A stretch of 64,000 nt of DNA from Bacteroidota bacterium (GTDB lineage: Bacteria; Bacteroidota; Bacteroidia; UBA4408). Location of the stretch: contig JBKCNM010000089.1 in NCBI GenBank assembly GCA_046297395.1, forward strand, positions 10,243 to 74,242, read 5' to 3'. This document shows, piece after piece, positions 38,161 to 48,499 of this stretch. Numbering within the stretch: position 1 is the stretch's first letter; each line of letters starts with the position of its first letter. The translations under genes were made by a program, and so were the position numbers. The notes beneath the pieces were generated by a model, which had not been told where the DNA came from, made no database searches, and was given only the letters and a program-made list of their open reading frames with translations.

Positions 38161-39777
38161 TTATTTTTTTTGCAAAAGATAGCGGTGCTGCAAAGTTTTA
38201 TCTCTCTCCTTATCCAAGAGAAATCGGGCTTTGAGTCTGCTCACCGGAAAATCGGGCATGTTTAAGCGCAAGGTCCAATTGCCCATGGCCAGCAGTGAAT
38301 CTCCGCAGGCAGATGAGGCATATAACCAATCTCCCGAATTTGCATCCTTCAAAGTTTTTGAGAGGGTCTGACTATAAAAATCAAGCGCATGACCGGAAGC
38401 GGCGAGCAAAAAAACTTTTTCCCCGGTTTGTCTTTTCTTTTTCAAGTATTTACCGGCAAGCGAGGAGGATTGATAGACAAGCAACGAGGGGTAAAACCAA
38501 ACAGACATGATGAGTCCGAAACCAAGTAAGGAAACAAAAAGCGTTTGATAAAGCCATTTTTTTTGATAAACCATATACAGGCATGAAAAGAGTACCACTG
38601 CATACAACATCCAGGGCAAGGCGTCTGCATCATAGGAACGTAATAAAGCCAGCGGTGGCATCACCAGAAAGATGACCAACAAATACAACAGAAAAAACCG
38701 CATTCCATTTTTTCCTACCAAATGTTCTGCATGATGCGCAATGAGCACTGAACAGGCAGGAAAAAGCGGAAAAACATAATGAGGCAATTTGTAATTCGAG
38801 ATGGAGAACCCAATGATGCCAACAGAAAACAATGCCATGGTGATATACTCCGTTTGATGAAAGAAAAGGTTTTTCTTAAGAATAATCCTGAGAAAAATGG
38901 GCCAGAACAGGAAACACCAGGGAGCAAAATCCCATCCCATCCTCCGCAAAACAAAGTACCATGGGGAATGATTGCTCCAGTAAATATCGCCGGTGAGCCT
39001 TCCGAAACTTTGGGTATAAAAGAAAAACTCCAATCCGGAAGGTCCTTTCAATCCGTACACTTCCTTCTCGGGATGCAGGTCGAATTGCAGATAGAGACCG
39101 ATGCACATGGGCAAAAGGAGTAAAAAGACCATCGGAAAAAAAAGCAGCACGCGAGGATGCATGATGATTTTTACCTGCTTTTTCATCCACAGATGGAAAC
39201 CAAGAGCCATGATGGGCAAAACAAATCCGATTGGGCCTTTGGTGAGCAAGGCAGCAGAGATACCCAGTGAAAAAAGGATGACAGAGGTCAGGCTTTTTCG
39301 GTGAAAGAAAACAGATCCCTGCCAAATGGCAAACATGATTCCGGCAGACAAGAGACCTTCCATTTTCACATCATTGCTCATGAGAAACCAAGCCTGACAA
39401 GTACCCAAAATCAATACTGCTCTTCGAGCGGTTTGCTCATTGTACCATAGCAGGCAAAATTGGTAAAGTGAAAAGAGTGTGATGAGCAAAGAGAAGAATC
39501 CGGGTAACTTGTAAGCGAAGGCAGAAGAGCCAAAGATTGACATACTGATGGCACTGCACCAGAACAGCAAGGGAGGTTTATCGAGGTAATCTTCGCCTCG
39601 GTGATGCACCTGCAGAAATGATTTTGTGGTGAGCATTTCATGGCTGATAGATGCGTATTGGGCAGCATCCACTTCCATCACATCCAAACGAAGATTAAGC
39701 AGATAAACCATGACAATGCCTGCCAATATGAGGCGAAACGCCTTGGCGCTTATCGAAAAATCTATGGGGTTCATCAT
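38161..39777 (-). CDS. ArnT/PMT-like GT-C glycosyltransferase (GT39/GT83-like)
   Basis: The N-terminal periplasmic-loop motif 'DAAQYASISHEMLTT...EDYLDKPPLLFW' is the ArnT/PMT hallmark, followed by 12 or more TM helices. The start is at the internal ATGs (MMNPIDF); the ORF extends to 39831. Confidence 0.7.
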   Translation of the reverse strand: MMNPIDFSISAKAFRLILAGIVMVYLLNLRLDVMEVDAAQYASISHEMLTTKSFLQVHHRGEDYLDKPPLLFWCSAISMSIFGSSAFAYKLPGFFSLLITLFSLYQFCLLWYNEQTARRAVLILGTCQAWFLMSNDVKMEGLLSAGIMFAIWQGSVFFHRKSLTSVILFSLGISAALLTKGPIGFVLPIMALGFHLWMKKQVKIIMHPRVLLFFPMVFLLLLPMCIGLYLQFDLHPEKEVYGLKGPSGLEFFFYTQSFGRLTGDIYWSNHSPWYFVLRRMGWDFAPWCFLFWPIFLRIILKKNLFFHQTEYITMALFSVGIIGFSISNYKLPHYVFPLFPACSVLIAHHAEHLVGKNGMRFFLLYLLVIFLVMPPLALLRSYDADALPWMLYAVVLFSCLYMVYQKKWLYQTLFVSLLGFGLIMSVWFYPSLLVYQSSSLAGKYLKKKRQTGEKVFLLAASGHALDFYSQTLSKTLKDANSGDWLYASSACGDSLLAMGNWTLRLNMPDFPVSRLKARFLLDKERDKTLQHRYLLQKK

Positions 39778-39858
39778 GTGCGAAAGTAGAAAACTTTCCG
39801 GCGCACATCGGGCGCTGATTTGTTCACACAATATTGTTCTTTCAATTGATGTAGACGA

Positions 39859-41964
39859 CTAGCTAACTCGGCTCCAAAGCAATCTGCCGTTCTCCTGTGT
39901 TTTCAGATGCAGGAGCAGGGACTGATGTTCGGGATGTTGCAGCATGGGATCGTTGGCAAGCAGTGCTCTTGCCACCTCGCGGGATTGCGCAATAAGCTCT
40001 CCATCTTTAGACAAATCACAAAGCTTCAGGTCAACAGCTCCGCTTTGTCTTGTCCCCTGCATGTCGCCCGGACCGCGAAGGGCAAGATCGGTTTCGGCAA
40101 TTTCAAAACCATCGTTAGTTCTTACCATGGTTTCAATCCGTTTGCGGGCATCAGGATTGAGTTTATCGGAAGTAAGAAGAATGCAATAAGATTGATTTCC
40201 TCCCCTTCCAACGCGACCTCTCAACTGATGTAACTGAGAAAGGCCAAACTTCTCTGCGCTTTCTATCACCATCACCGTTGCGTTCGGAACATTTACTCCC
40301 ACCTCAATTACAGTGGTGGCCACCATGATTTGTGTTTCCCCGGAAGCAAATCTTTGCATCTCAAAATCCTTGTCGGCAGATTTCATTCTTCCATGCAAAA
40401 TACCCACCCTGTAAACAGGCGGAGGGAACGCTCTTACCACACTCTCGTATCCATCCATCAGATCTTTAAAATCCAGTTTTTCTGATTCTTCAATCAGGGG
40501 ATAAACGATGTATGCCTGTCTTCCTTGTTCAATTTGCTGCTTGATGAATCCAAATACCGAGAGCCTATGGGCATCATATCGATGTGAGGTGATGATGGGT
40601 TTTCTGCCTCCCGGCATTTCATCGATCACGGATGTATCCAGGTCGCCATACATGGTCATTGCCAGCGTGCGCGGAATAGGCGTGGCCGTCATCACCAGTA
40701 CATGCGGAAACACATCGTTTTTCTGCCATAGTTTACTTCTCTGCTCTACCCCAAAACGGTGTTGTTCATCGATAATTACCAGGCCGAGGTTCTGAAACTT
40801 TACCTGTTCTTCAATCAAGGCATGCGTACCTATGAGCATGTTTAACATCCCGTTGTCGAGCAGAAGTTGCAGTTGAGGTCGTGCTTGCGGCTTGGTACTG
40901 CCGGTAAGCAGTCCCGTTTGGACCGGCATCTTAGACAGCAGTTCCCGGAAGGTATGAAAATGTTGTGTTGCCAATATTTCTGTTGGTGCCATCAGTGCAC
41001 ACTGGAAACCATTGTCGATGGCGATGAGCATACACATGAGGGCGACCAGCGTTTTACCGCTTCCCACATCGCCTTGCAGCAGGCGGTTCATCTGCCTGCC
41101 GGAACCCATGTCGGAGCGGATTTCACGGATTACTCTTTTCTGCGCTTCTGTGAGCGGAAATGGTAGATGTTCATGATAAAAAGTGTGGAAGACCTCGCCT
41201 ACTTTGTCGAATACAAAACCTTTGTTTTGATACAAGCGAATCTGTCGTGACCTCAGCATCCGCAGCTGAACCATAAACAACTCTTCAAACTTGAGTCGAT
41301 GGATGGCCTGGTTCAATTGTGCCTGATCTTTTGGAAAGTGCATCCATAAAAAAGCTTCTTTTCTTGGGCAAAGACCCATTGAACTGATGACGCCGGCGGG
41401 CAGAATCTCCGGAATGGCATGCTGCACAATCTCCAGCAGCGTTTGCACCACACGGGCGATTCCCTTGCTGTCCAACCCTCTTGCTTTTAGCTTCTCTCCC
41501 GAGGGGTACATCGGTTCAAACTTGGAAAGGGTATGCATCATCTCGGGCTGGTAAATTTCCAACTCCGGGTGGGTAAATGAGTAGCTTCCTTTAAAGAGTG
41601 CAGGTTTTCCGAAGACGAGGTATTTTTTTCCAATGGACACCGATGAGCTGATCCATTTGAGCCCCTGAAACCATACGAGCTCAACCATTCCGGATGCATC
41701 AGCCAGTGTAGCAACCAATCGTCTTGCCCGTTTGTGGCCTACTTCATTTACTTCTACAATGGTTCCACAAATCTGCACCCATTGCATGTCTTCCGTTATT
41801 TCAGAAATTCCATATACCCTGGTTTTGTCGATGTAGCGGTAGGGAAAATACTGAAGCAGGTCGGCGTAAGTAAAAATTTGCAAATGGGTTTTAAAGGCTT
41901 CGCCTCTTTGCGGGCCTACGCCTTTGAGGTACTCTATAGGGGTAGACAAGAGGTCTTTGTTCAT
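39859..41964 (-). CDS. recG: ATP-dependent DNA helicase RecG
   Basis: 701 aa with an N-terminal wedge/OB domain, helicase motifs (GDVGSGKT; DEQHRFG) and 'LRGRVGRG'. Confidence 0.9.
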   Translation of the reverse strand: MNKDLLSTPIEYLKGVGPQRGEAFKTHLQIFTYADLLQYFPYRYIDKTRVYGISEITEDMQWVQICGTIVEVNEVGHKRARRLVATLADASGMVELVWFQGLKWISSSVSIGKKYLVFGKPALFKGSYSFTHPELEIYQPEMMHTLSKFEPMYPSGEKLKARGLDSKGIARVVQTLLEIVQHAIPEILPAGVISSMGLCPRKEAFLWMHFPKDQAQLNQAIHRLKFEELFMVQLRMLRSRQIRLYQNKGFVFDKVGEVFHTFYHEHLPFPLTEAQKRVIREIRSDMGSGRQMNRLLQGDVGSGKTLVALMCMLIAIDNGFQCALMAPTEILATQHFHTFRELLSKMPVQTGLLTGSTKPQARPQLQLLLDNGMLNMLIGTHALIEEQVKFQNLGLVIIDEQHRFGVEQRSKLWQKNDVFPHVLVMTATPIPRTLAMTMYGDLDTSVIDEMPGGRKPIITSHRYDAHRLSVFGFIKQQIEQGRQAYIVYPLIEESEKLDFKDLMDGYESVVRAFPPPVYRVGILHGRMKSADKDFEMQRFASGETQIMVATTVIEVGVNVPNATVMVIESAEKFGLSQLHQLRGRVGRGGNQSYCILLTSDKLNPDARKRIETMVRTNDGFEIAETDLALRGPGDMQGTRQSGAVDLKLCDLSKDGELIAQSREVARALLANDPMLQHPEHQSLLLHLKTQENGRLLWSRVS

Positions 41965-42537
41965 TCACATCTCCTGCGAAAGTAAGAAATCTGCAATCAT
42001 CTGTGCAGCTTCTTCCAAGGTCTGACTGAGGTTTTCATTCAGAAGAATGTTATCGAATGAAGGTGCAAATTGCATCTCGGAGGATGCTTTCGCTATGCGT
42101 GTAGCAATCTTTTCTTCTGATTCTGTTTTCCGCTCCCTCAACCTGTTTTCAATGATTTCCAGGGAGGGGGCTTTTACAAATACTGCGAGTGCATCATTGC
42201 CCAGTTTTTCCTTGAGACGCAAACCTCCCACCACATCCACATCAAAAATAGCCACCCTTCCGGACGACCAGATGGATTCTACTTCTGAGTGCAAAGTCCC
42301 GTAAAAGTTACCTGCATATACCTCCTCATACTCCAAAAATTGACCTTTCTTAATGGCTTCTAAAAAATCGGGGGTGCTCATGAAATGATAGTCCTTTCCT
42401 TGTGTTTCTCCTTCCCTCATAGGCCTGTTGGTTGCAGATACCGAAAACTTCAATACCGGATACTTGCGCAACATGGCATGCACAATGGTGGTTTTGCCGG
42501 CACCGGAGGGAGCAGAGAAAATAATGGACTTACCCAT
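41965..42537 (-). CDS. gmk: Guanylate kinase
   Basis: 190 aa with a P-loop (SAPSGAGKTT) and a GMP-binding region (SVSATNRPMREGE). Confidence 0.9.
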   Translation of the reverse strand: MGKSIIFSAPSGAGKTTIVHAMLRKYPVLKFSVSATNRPMREGETQGKDYHFMSTPDFLEAIKKGQFLEYEEVYAGNFYGTLHSEVESIWSSGRVAIFDVDVVGGLRLKEKLGNDALAVFVKAPSLEIIENRLRERKTESEEKIATRIAKASSEMQFAPSFDNILLNENLSQTLEEAAQMIADFLLSQEM

Positions 42538-42542
42538 GCTTA

Positions 42543-43529
42543 TTAAAACTTATAGGAAAACCCGAGCCCTAAGATATTTTTCAATTGAATCCCTTTGCCG
42601 GATTTCACTACACGGCCTTTGAGCAAGCCATTCGCATCGAGTTCATAAGCTGTTTTTTGAGGAACCAGAATATCATCGTCATACACGAGTTGTCCGATAA
42701 CAGATGCACCAATGTATTTGCTCACTTTCATCAGAAGGTTCCAAGTGAGGTTTACATCAACATTCCTGCGATTGTCTTTTCTTTTGTCGGTGTAGTTATT
42801 ATAGAGTCTCAGATTGGTAACAAGATCTACATTCTTAAATACCTCTTTTTTGTTGAAGTTTACTTCCATGGAGGCTCCGAACTCAGGACGAAATTTCTGT
42901 CCGGTTCCTGCAATCAGATTTCCGGATGCATCTTTTTGAGCACCTTCGACGCCAAACAATCCTTGGTCAGCCAGATTTTGCAGCCTTACATAGGTATAGC
43001 GACCGGCAGCAGGAGACAAAAATACTTCGAAGTACTCAACCGGTTTCCATTTAAAGCCCAGGGCTATGGTAACAAATACCGGGGCAAGAAAATGAGACTG
43101 TACATTCACAAAATCCGGAGCAATAAAACCTTTGTCAAACTGAGAGAGTAGATTGGCACTTACGGAATAGTAAAATTTCTTTTGGGCTTTCAGGTCAAAC
43201 CTCGAATCAAGCTGTATACGATCTTCGTTTTTTAACCAAAAATTATCAACCTGGTTTACTGCACCTATGTTAAAGTTTCTGATGGTGCCATAAGAAAGAT
43301 TCAGTTCATTTTTCCATGTCTTTTTGCCATCATTATACTTTGCATACCCATTAAAAATGGCGGAAAAGGCCACATTGCTCTGACCCCCGGGGGCCCACTG
43401 GTAAAAAGTTCCCTGGTTGAAATTCAGAGAGGCGAATCCGCCTCTTTTCCAGGTTGTATCCGGCTCGGCAAGCAAGTTTAAAGAGCACATCACAAAAAGA
43501 AAAGCAAAGATTGTTTGTTTCATAGTCAC
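42543..43529 (-). CDS. Putative outer-membrane beta-barrel protein (DUF3078-like)
   Basis: 328 aa with a signal peptide. Alternating hydrophobic beta-strand pattern and a C-terminal aromatic residue (…FSYKF). The family assignment is from memory. Confidence 0.5.
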   Translation of the reverse strand: MTMKQTIFAFLFVMCSLNLLAEPDTTWKRGGFASLNFNQGTFYQWAPGGQSNVAFSAIFNGYAKYNDGKKTWKNELNLSYGTIRNFNIGAVNQVDNFWLKNEDRIQLDSRFDLKAQKKFYYSVSANLLSQFDKGFIAPDFVNVQSHFLAPVFVTIALGFKWKPVEYFEVFLSPAAGRYTYVRLQNLADQGLFGVEGAQKDASGNLIAGTGQKFRPEFGASMEVNFNKKEVFKNVDLVTNLRLYNNYTDKRKDNRRNVDVNLTWNLLMKVSKYIGASVIGQLVYDDDILVPQKTAYELDANGLLKGRVVKSGKGIQLKNILGLGFSYKF

Positions 43530-43610
43530 ATCATTTATGGTGGGGAAAGGTAAATGTTTTTTATAAATCTAAACTTATCCGGTGAACCTAAATCAACTAA
43601 TTTCGCATAC

Positions 43611-44033
43611 ATGGAAACATGGGTGTTATACGCATTGATATCGATGGCTTTTGCCGGACTTACCAGTGTTCTTGCTAAATTCGGAATGGGTGAATTGCCC
43701 TCGGATCTGGCCCTTGTCATAAGAACTTCTGTGGTGTTCAGCCTGGTTTTAGCGCATGCTTTTATACTTCATCCCATCAAACAATTGGGGGCAGTTTCCA
43801 TTAAATCATTGGTCTTTCTCTCCCTATCAGGGCTCACCACAGCCTTTTCATGGATTTTTTATTACCGTGCCATCCAATCAGGTAAGGTAAGCGTAGTTGC
43901 CACCATAGACAAAGGGTCCATTCTCGTAACCATCCTTTTATCTGCATTATTTCTGCATGAACAAATAACAGTGCGTACCTTGCTGGCGGTTCTTCTTATA
44001 ATGGCGGGACTCATCCTACTTATTAAAACCTAA
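43611..44033 (+). CDS. EamA-like small transporter (DMT superfamily, 4-5 TM helices)
   Basis: METWVLYALISMAFAGLTSVLAKFG... The start is an internal ATG; the ORF begins at 43554. Confidence 0.6.
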   Translation: METWVLYALISMAFAGLTSVLAKFGMGELPSDLALVIRTSVVFSLVLAHAFILHPIKQLGAVSIKSLVFLSLSGLTTAFSWIFYYRAIQSGKVSVVATIDKGSILVTILLSALFLHEQITVRTLLAVLLIMAGLILLIKT

Positions 44034-44035
44034 AA

Positions 44036-44917
44036 ATGAATCACGCCAAAACCTGTATTGTTGTTGAGGATGCTTTGCTCAACATTTCAAAAGCTTCCTT
44101 TGAAGAGAGCGTGCATAAACACCTCAAGAAAGATTATTTCCACTACCATATTGTTTATTGCGAGGATTTAAGTTCCGCAAAAAAAACCGTTGAAGAATGT
44201 GTTCGAGATCACTATGATTTTGTCATCATTGGTGGTGGGAATGCCTTTATTAACAGGCTTGCCGGCTTGCTTGTAAGAAAACAAACCTGTATGGGTATTC
44301 TCCCGCTTGGGAGCTTAAACGGACTGGCATCACACCTGAAAGTGAATTATCCTCTGTTGGAAGATTCCTTTGAATCAATCAACAGAAGAACCATCAAGCA
44401 AATAGATACAGCAAGCCTCAACGAGCGTTTCTTTGTGAACATCGCCGGGCTTGGCTTAGATGCTTCCCTTGTGAGAAAATTTGAACACAGCAAGATACCA
44501 AGCGGATTTTCGTTGTTATTCTCAGTACTTGCTGAATACAGAAAAGCAAAAAACCACAGGGTAAGAGTGCTCACGGATGAAGAGGAATACTCCGGGTCGG
44601 TATTTTGGCTGGTCATTACCAATGGCAAACAATACGGAGACCGCTTGTATATCAATCCAAGGGCATCTATTTCCGACGGCATGCTTGAAGTGTGTTTATT
44701 CAAGAAACCCGACTGGTTTGAACTTCCTTTTTTTATCTGGAACCTCATCAGAAAAAATGATTTCTCTGAAAGCCGCATGATCCGCTTGCGCGCAAAAGAA
44801 TTCTATATTGAAAACAGTTTCCCCTATCTTCAAATGGATGGAATATTGCTGGATGCACCCGCAGAAATAAGGGTTGCGGCAGATCCACAATCACTGAGAA
44901 TACTTGTGAACAAATGA
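44036..44917 (+). CDS. Diacylglycerol kinase catalytic-domain lipid kinase (YegS/BmrU family)
   Basis: DAGK_cat motifs 'DFVIIGGGNAFINRLAG' and 'GILPLGSLNGLAS'. Confidence 0.8.
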   Translation: MNHAKTCIVVEDALLNISKASFEESVHKHLKKDYFHYHIVYCEDLSSAKKTVEECVRDHYDFVIIGGGNAFINRLAGLLVRKQTCMGILPLGSLNGLASHLKVNYPLLEDSFESINRRTIKQIDTASLNERFFVNIAGLGLDASLVRKFEHSKIPSGFSLLFSVLAEYRKAKNHRVRVLTDEEEYSGSVFWLVITNGKQYGDRLYINPRASISDGMLEVCLFKKPDWFELPFFIWNLIRKNDFSESRMIRLRAKEFYIENSFPYLQMDGILLDAPAEIRVAADPQSLRILVNK

Positions 44918-45267
44918 AAAAAACAAACAAGAGCAACAATCTTCAAAGTCTCGGAAACATGGTGTATTCCACCAACCGTGAATGGACACCGCCCGAGGAA
45001 GAAAATGAAACTGCTTCGGAAATCATACCCGGTAAACAATTGCTGTATATCGGCAGGCAGTCTAAACAGCGGGCCGGCAAAACTGTTACACTGGTCAGTG
45101 GATTTAAAGGTACAGAAGAAGCGCTTGGTGAATTGTGTACCACGCTAAAAAAAAGATGCGGAATTGGCGGGAGTTCAAAGGATGGTGAGATCATCCTTCA
45201 GGGTGATTGTCGTGAAAAAACAAAAATCATCCTGGAAGAATTGGGCTATAAAACGCGGCTCAAATAG
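44914..45267 (+). CDS. Translation initiation factor SUI1/YciH family
   Basis: 117 aa with a SUI1 fold region (KTVTLVSGFKGTEEALGELCTTLKKRCGIGGS...GEIILQGD). Confidence 0.8.
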   Translation: MKKTNKSNNLQSLGNMVYSTNREWTPPEEENETASEIIPGKQLLYIGRQSKQRAGKTVTLVSGFKGTEEALGELCTTLKKRCGIGGSSKDGEIILQGDCREKTKIILEELGYKTRLK

Positions 45268-45326
45268 TCCTAAAAAATTGCTTGCTCGGACTTGGCTGAT
45301 CCCAATATTTAGGGTAATTTCGCAAG

Positions 45327-46874
45327 GTGCATCAAACCATCTACATTTTTGATTTTGGGTCTCAGTATACCCAGCTTATCGCCCGCAGAATAAGAGAAGC
45401 AGGAGTATATTGTGAAATCCATCCTTACCACGCAGCCGATAAACTTTTAGCCGGTATTGGGCAGCACGAATCTGCCGGCATTCGCGGAATCATTTTTTCC
45501 GGCAGTCCTTTTTCTGTAAACGACAGCCACTCTCCCCTTGTTGAATCAAAAAACCTCTTCGGGAAAATACCCATACTTGGTATTTGTTACGGTGCGCAAA
45601 TGATGGCCAAGGAAACAGGTGGCAGTGTTCAAAAATCAGATCACAGAGAATATGGTCGGTCTGAACTTATCATGCTGGAGCAGGATGCGCTATTCTCCAA
45701 CATGAGCGACCCTCAGATATGGATGAGTCATGGTGACAGTATTCTTAAGCTTTCCGATGATTTTATCATCCTGGCAAAAACAAGAGACATCCCTGTGGCT
45801 GCATACAAACACAAAGCTCATCCTGTGTATGGTGTGCAGTTTCACCCGGAAGTAACCCACAGCCACAGTGGAGCTACACTCATACGAAACTTTATCATTG
45901 ACATCTGTGCTTGCAGGGGCGATTGGAGTCCGGCTGCTTTTGTGGAAGAAAGTATCGAAAAAATAAAGCAAATCGCCGGCAAAGAAAAAGTTGTTTTAGG
46001 ACTCTCGGGGGGAGTGGATTCAACAGTTGCTGCCTTCCTGCTTCACAAAGCCATTGGTGAGCAATTGCATTGTCTGTTTATTGACAACGGATTGTTACGC
46101 AAAGATGAATTCAAGCAGATCCTCGACGATTATGCCCATCTCGGATTAAACATCAAAGGCATTGATGCCACCTCTGAATTTTATGCAGCACTCTCGGGCA
46201 AATCCGATCCGGAAGAAAAAAGAAAAGCCATTGGAAATACTTTTATCAGTGTATTTGAAAAGGAAGCGCATGCCATTCAACATGTCAGCTTCCTTGCACA
46301 GGGTACCATCTATCCTGATGTAATCGAATCGGTGTCGGTGAAAGGCCCTTCTGCTACCATCAAAAGTCATCATAATGTAGGTGGATTGCCCGAAAAAATG
46401 AATCTGAAGCTGATTGAACCACTCAATACCTTGTTCAAAGATGAGGTACGAAAAGTTGGTGCATTTCTGGGGGTTCCCCATCATATGGTACACAGACATC
46501 CTTTTCCCGGCCCGGGTTTAGCCATTCGCATCCTCGATGAAATCACAGCCGAAAAAGTAAAAACATTGCAGGAGGCAGACAACATTTTTATCGGGGCACT
46601 CAGAAAATCCGGCTGGTATGATAAAGTGTGGCAGGCAGGTGCCATTTTGCTTCCGGTAAAAAGCGTAGGGGTGATGGGAGATGAAAGAACCTATGAGAAT
46701 ACCATTGCACTGAGAGCTGTTCATTCTACGGATGGCATGACCGCAGACTGGGTGCATCTGCCCTACGACCTTTTGTCGGAAATTTCCACCCAAATCATCA
46801 ACCGCGTAAAAGGAGTGAACAGGGTTGTTTATGACATCAGCTCCAAACCCCCTGCTACCATTGAATGGGAATAA
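45327..46874 (+). CDS. guaA: GMP synthase (glutamine-hydrolysing)
   Basis: GATase1 domain (GICYGAQMMA) plus an ATP-PPase domain (SGGVDSTV) and the GMP synthase C-terminus. The first codon of the listed ORF is GTG. Confidence 0.9.
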   Translation: MHQTIYIFDFGSQYTQLIARRIREAGVYCEIHPYHAADKLLAGIGQHESAGIRGIIFSGSPFSVNDSHSPLVESKNLFGKIPILGICYGAQMMAKETGGSVQKSDHREYGRSELIMLEQDALFSNMSDPQIWMSHGDSILKLSDDFIILAKTRDIPVAAYKHKAHPVYGVQFHPEVTHSHSGATLIRNFIIDICACRGDWSPAAFVEESIEKIKQIAGKEKVVLGLSGGVDSTVAAFLLHKAIGEQLHCLFIDNGLLRKDEFKQILDDYAHLGLNIKGIDATSEFYAALSGKSDPEEKRKAIGNTFISVFEKEAHAIQHVSFLAQGTIYPDVIESVSVKGPSATIKSHHNVGGLPEKMNLKLIEPLNTLFKDEVRKVGAFLGVPHHMVHRHPFPGPGLAIRILDEITAEKVKTLQEADNIFIGALRKSGWYDKVWQAGAILLPVKSVGVMGDERTYENTIALRAVHSTDGMTADWVHLPYDLLSEISTQIINRVKGVNRVVYDISSKPPATIEWE

Positions 46875-46882
46875 ACATGGGC

Positions 46883-48499
46883 ATGCGATTTCAACTTATC
46901 ATTTTCATTTGTTTCTGGTTCACCGGGCATCAGGCTCAGGTGATTCCGGTATCTATATCCTCAAAAACAGAAAAAGTAAACGGTCAGAAAGTTTACTTGC
47001 ATACCATCAAAAAAGGGCAAACACTTTATGGAATCGCAAAAGCCTATCAGGTAGGAACAGCTGAAATAGAAAAACTCAATCCTCAACTCAAAGGCAATCT
47101 CCCGCTGGATCAGGTTATTTATATTCCTATTTCCGGGAATGAAAGCAGTGCCAGGGTAAATAGCGCTACCTACATTGTGCAGCCGGGTGAGGGACTTTTT
47201 GCCATTGCCAGAAAAACAGGTATTGGCGTACAACAATTGAAGGAGTGGAACACCGGGCTTGATTCCTCGCTGAAAGCAGGACAAGAAATCTTGCTTAAAC
47301 CACCTGTGAAAACAGAAAACCCAAAAGAGCAACAAAAGATAGTATCCGTTGCAAGAGTCCCTTCCGGTAATTTGTTACCCGCCGATGATGGCTATCTGCA
47401 TGTTGGATGTATTCTTCCGTTTTACTTAGATAAAAACAATCTTGAAGAGCCTGAAACAAATGAGACAGAACGCCCGGAGAAAGTGGAACCTACGCCCGAA
47501 ATTTCGGGCAAAAGTTACAAAGCCCTGGACTTTTACAGCGGCCTCCGCTTTGCCCTTGATTCATTGGAAAGAGCAGGACATCTTATTCATCTGCATACCT
47601 TTAACTGTGAAAATGATTCAGCTTCTTTAGAGGCTGTTCTTGGTTCTGATGAAATAGCCAAATGTCATCTTATCACAGGACCTTTTATTCCTGCCTTGAA
47701 CAACATGGTAGCTGATTATTGCAAAGCAAACAAGCGTTATTACCTCTCTCTCTTTTCACAGCAAACCAAAATATTGCTCAACAATCCCAAAGCTTTTAAA
47801 CTAGCACCTTCTGCCTCTACGCAGGCAAGAACGATGGCAAAGGTTATTGGGACAAAATATCCGGAAGGAAAAGTGATTATCATCCACAACAACCTCAAAA
47901 AAGAAAAAATTCTTGTGGATGCATACCGCAACCTATTCAAAAAAACAGACAAAGATTCTGCCGACTTATTGATTTTTAAAGGTGCCGGCATCGCCGGTCT
48001 AAAGACAAAACTCAAGAACAATACCCACAACATTTTGGTAGTCTGCAGCAATGACCAGGCTTTTGTTACCGACTTTTTTAATAAACTGGAATCACTGGAA
48101 GAAAACTATAAAATCGTTGTGGCAGGCATGGAGAATTGGCAAGACTATGAAAATATTCCTGCAGAAACTTATGACAAATTCTCCCTGCACTTGCCGGTGG
48201 TGCGTTATTTCAATTACGAAGATCCGGCGAATGCCAATCTGATGCATCATTACAGATCCCTTTATCATACCGACCCCGGAGAGCATTCCCTTTTGGCCAT
48301 GGATGTAGCTTTGGGTATGTTTCCACTATTGGCAGGGGGCAAAAATCCTTCACCTGAGGAACTTGTCCGCTTTGTTTACAAGGGTTACTCGCAGGGTTAT
48401 CAATTTGAAAAAACATCTGTTGAAAGCGGATACGAGAATACGATTACCCGGATTTTTTATTATCAAAACCTGCAATTGAATGCTTGCACCGAGAACTGA
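46883..48499 (+). CDS. LysM-domain protein (two LysM repeats) fused to a periplasmic-binding-protein-like domain
   Basis: Signal peptide (MRFQLIIFICFWFTGHQAQ). LysM repeats 'YLHTIKKGQTLYGIAKAYQVGTAEIEKLN' and 'YIVQPGEGLFAIARKTGIGVQQLKEWN'. The ORF begins at 46865. Confidence 0.7.
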   Translation: MRFQLIIFICFWFTGHQAQVIPVSISSKTEKVNGQKVYLHTIKKGQTLYGIAKAYQVGTAEIEKLNPQLKGNLPLDQVIYIPISGNESSARVNSATYIVQPGEGLFAIARKTGIGVQQLKEWNTGLDSSLKAGQEILLKPPVKTENPKEQQKIVSVARVPSGNLLPADDGYLHVGCILPFYLDKNNLEEPETNETERPEKVEPTPEISGKSYKALDFYSGLRFALDSLERAGHLIHLHTFNCENDSASLEAVLGSDEIAKCHLITGPFIPALNNMVADYCKANKRYYLSLFSQQTKILLNNPKAFKLAPSASTQARTMAKVIGTKYPEGKVIIIHNNLKKEKILVDAYRNLFKKTDKDSADLLIFKGAGIAGLKTKLKNNTHNILVVCSNDQAFVTDFFNKLESLEENYKIVVAGMENWQDYENIPAETYDKFSLHLPVVRYFNYEDPANANLMHHYRSLYHTDPGEHSLLAMDVALGMFPLLAGGKNPSPEELVRFVYKGYSQGYQFEKTSVESGYENTITRIFYYQNLQLNACTEN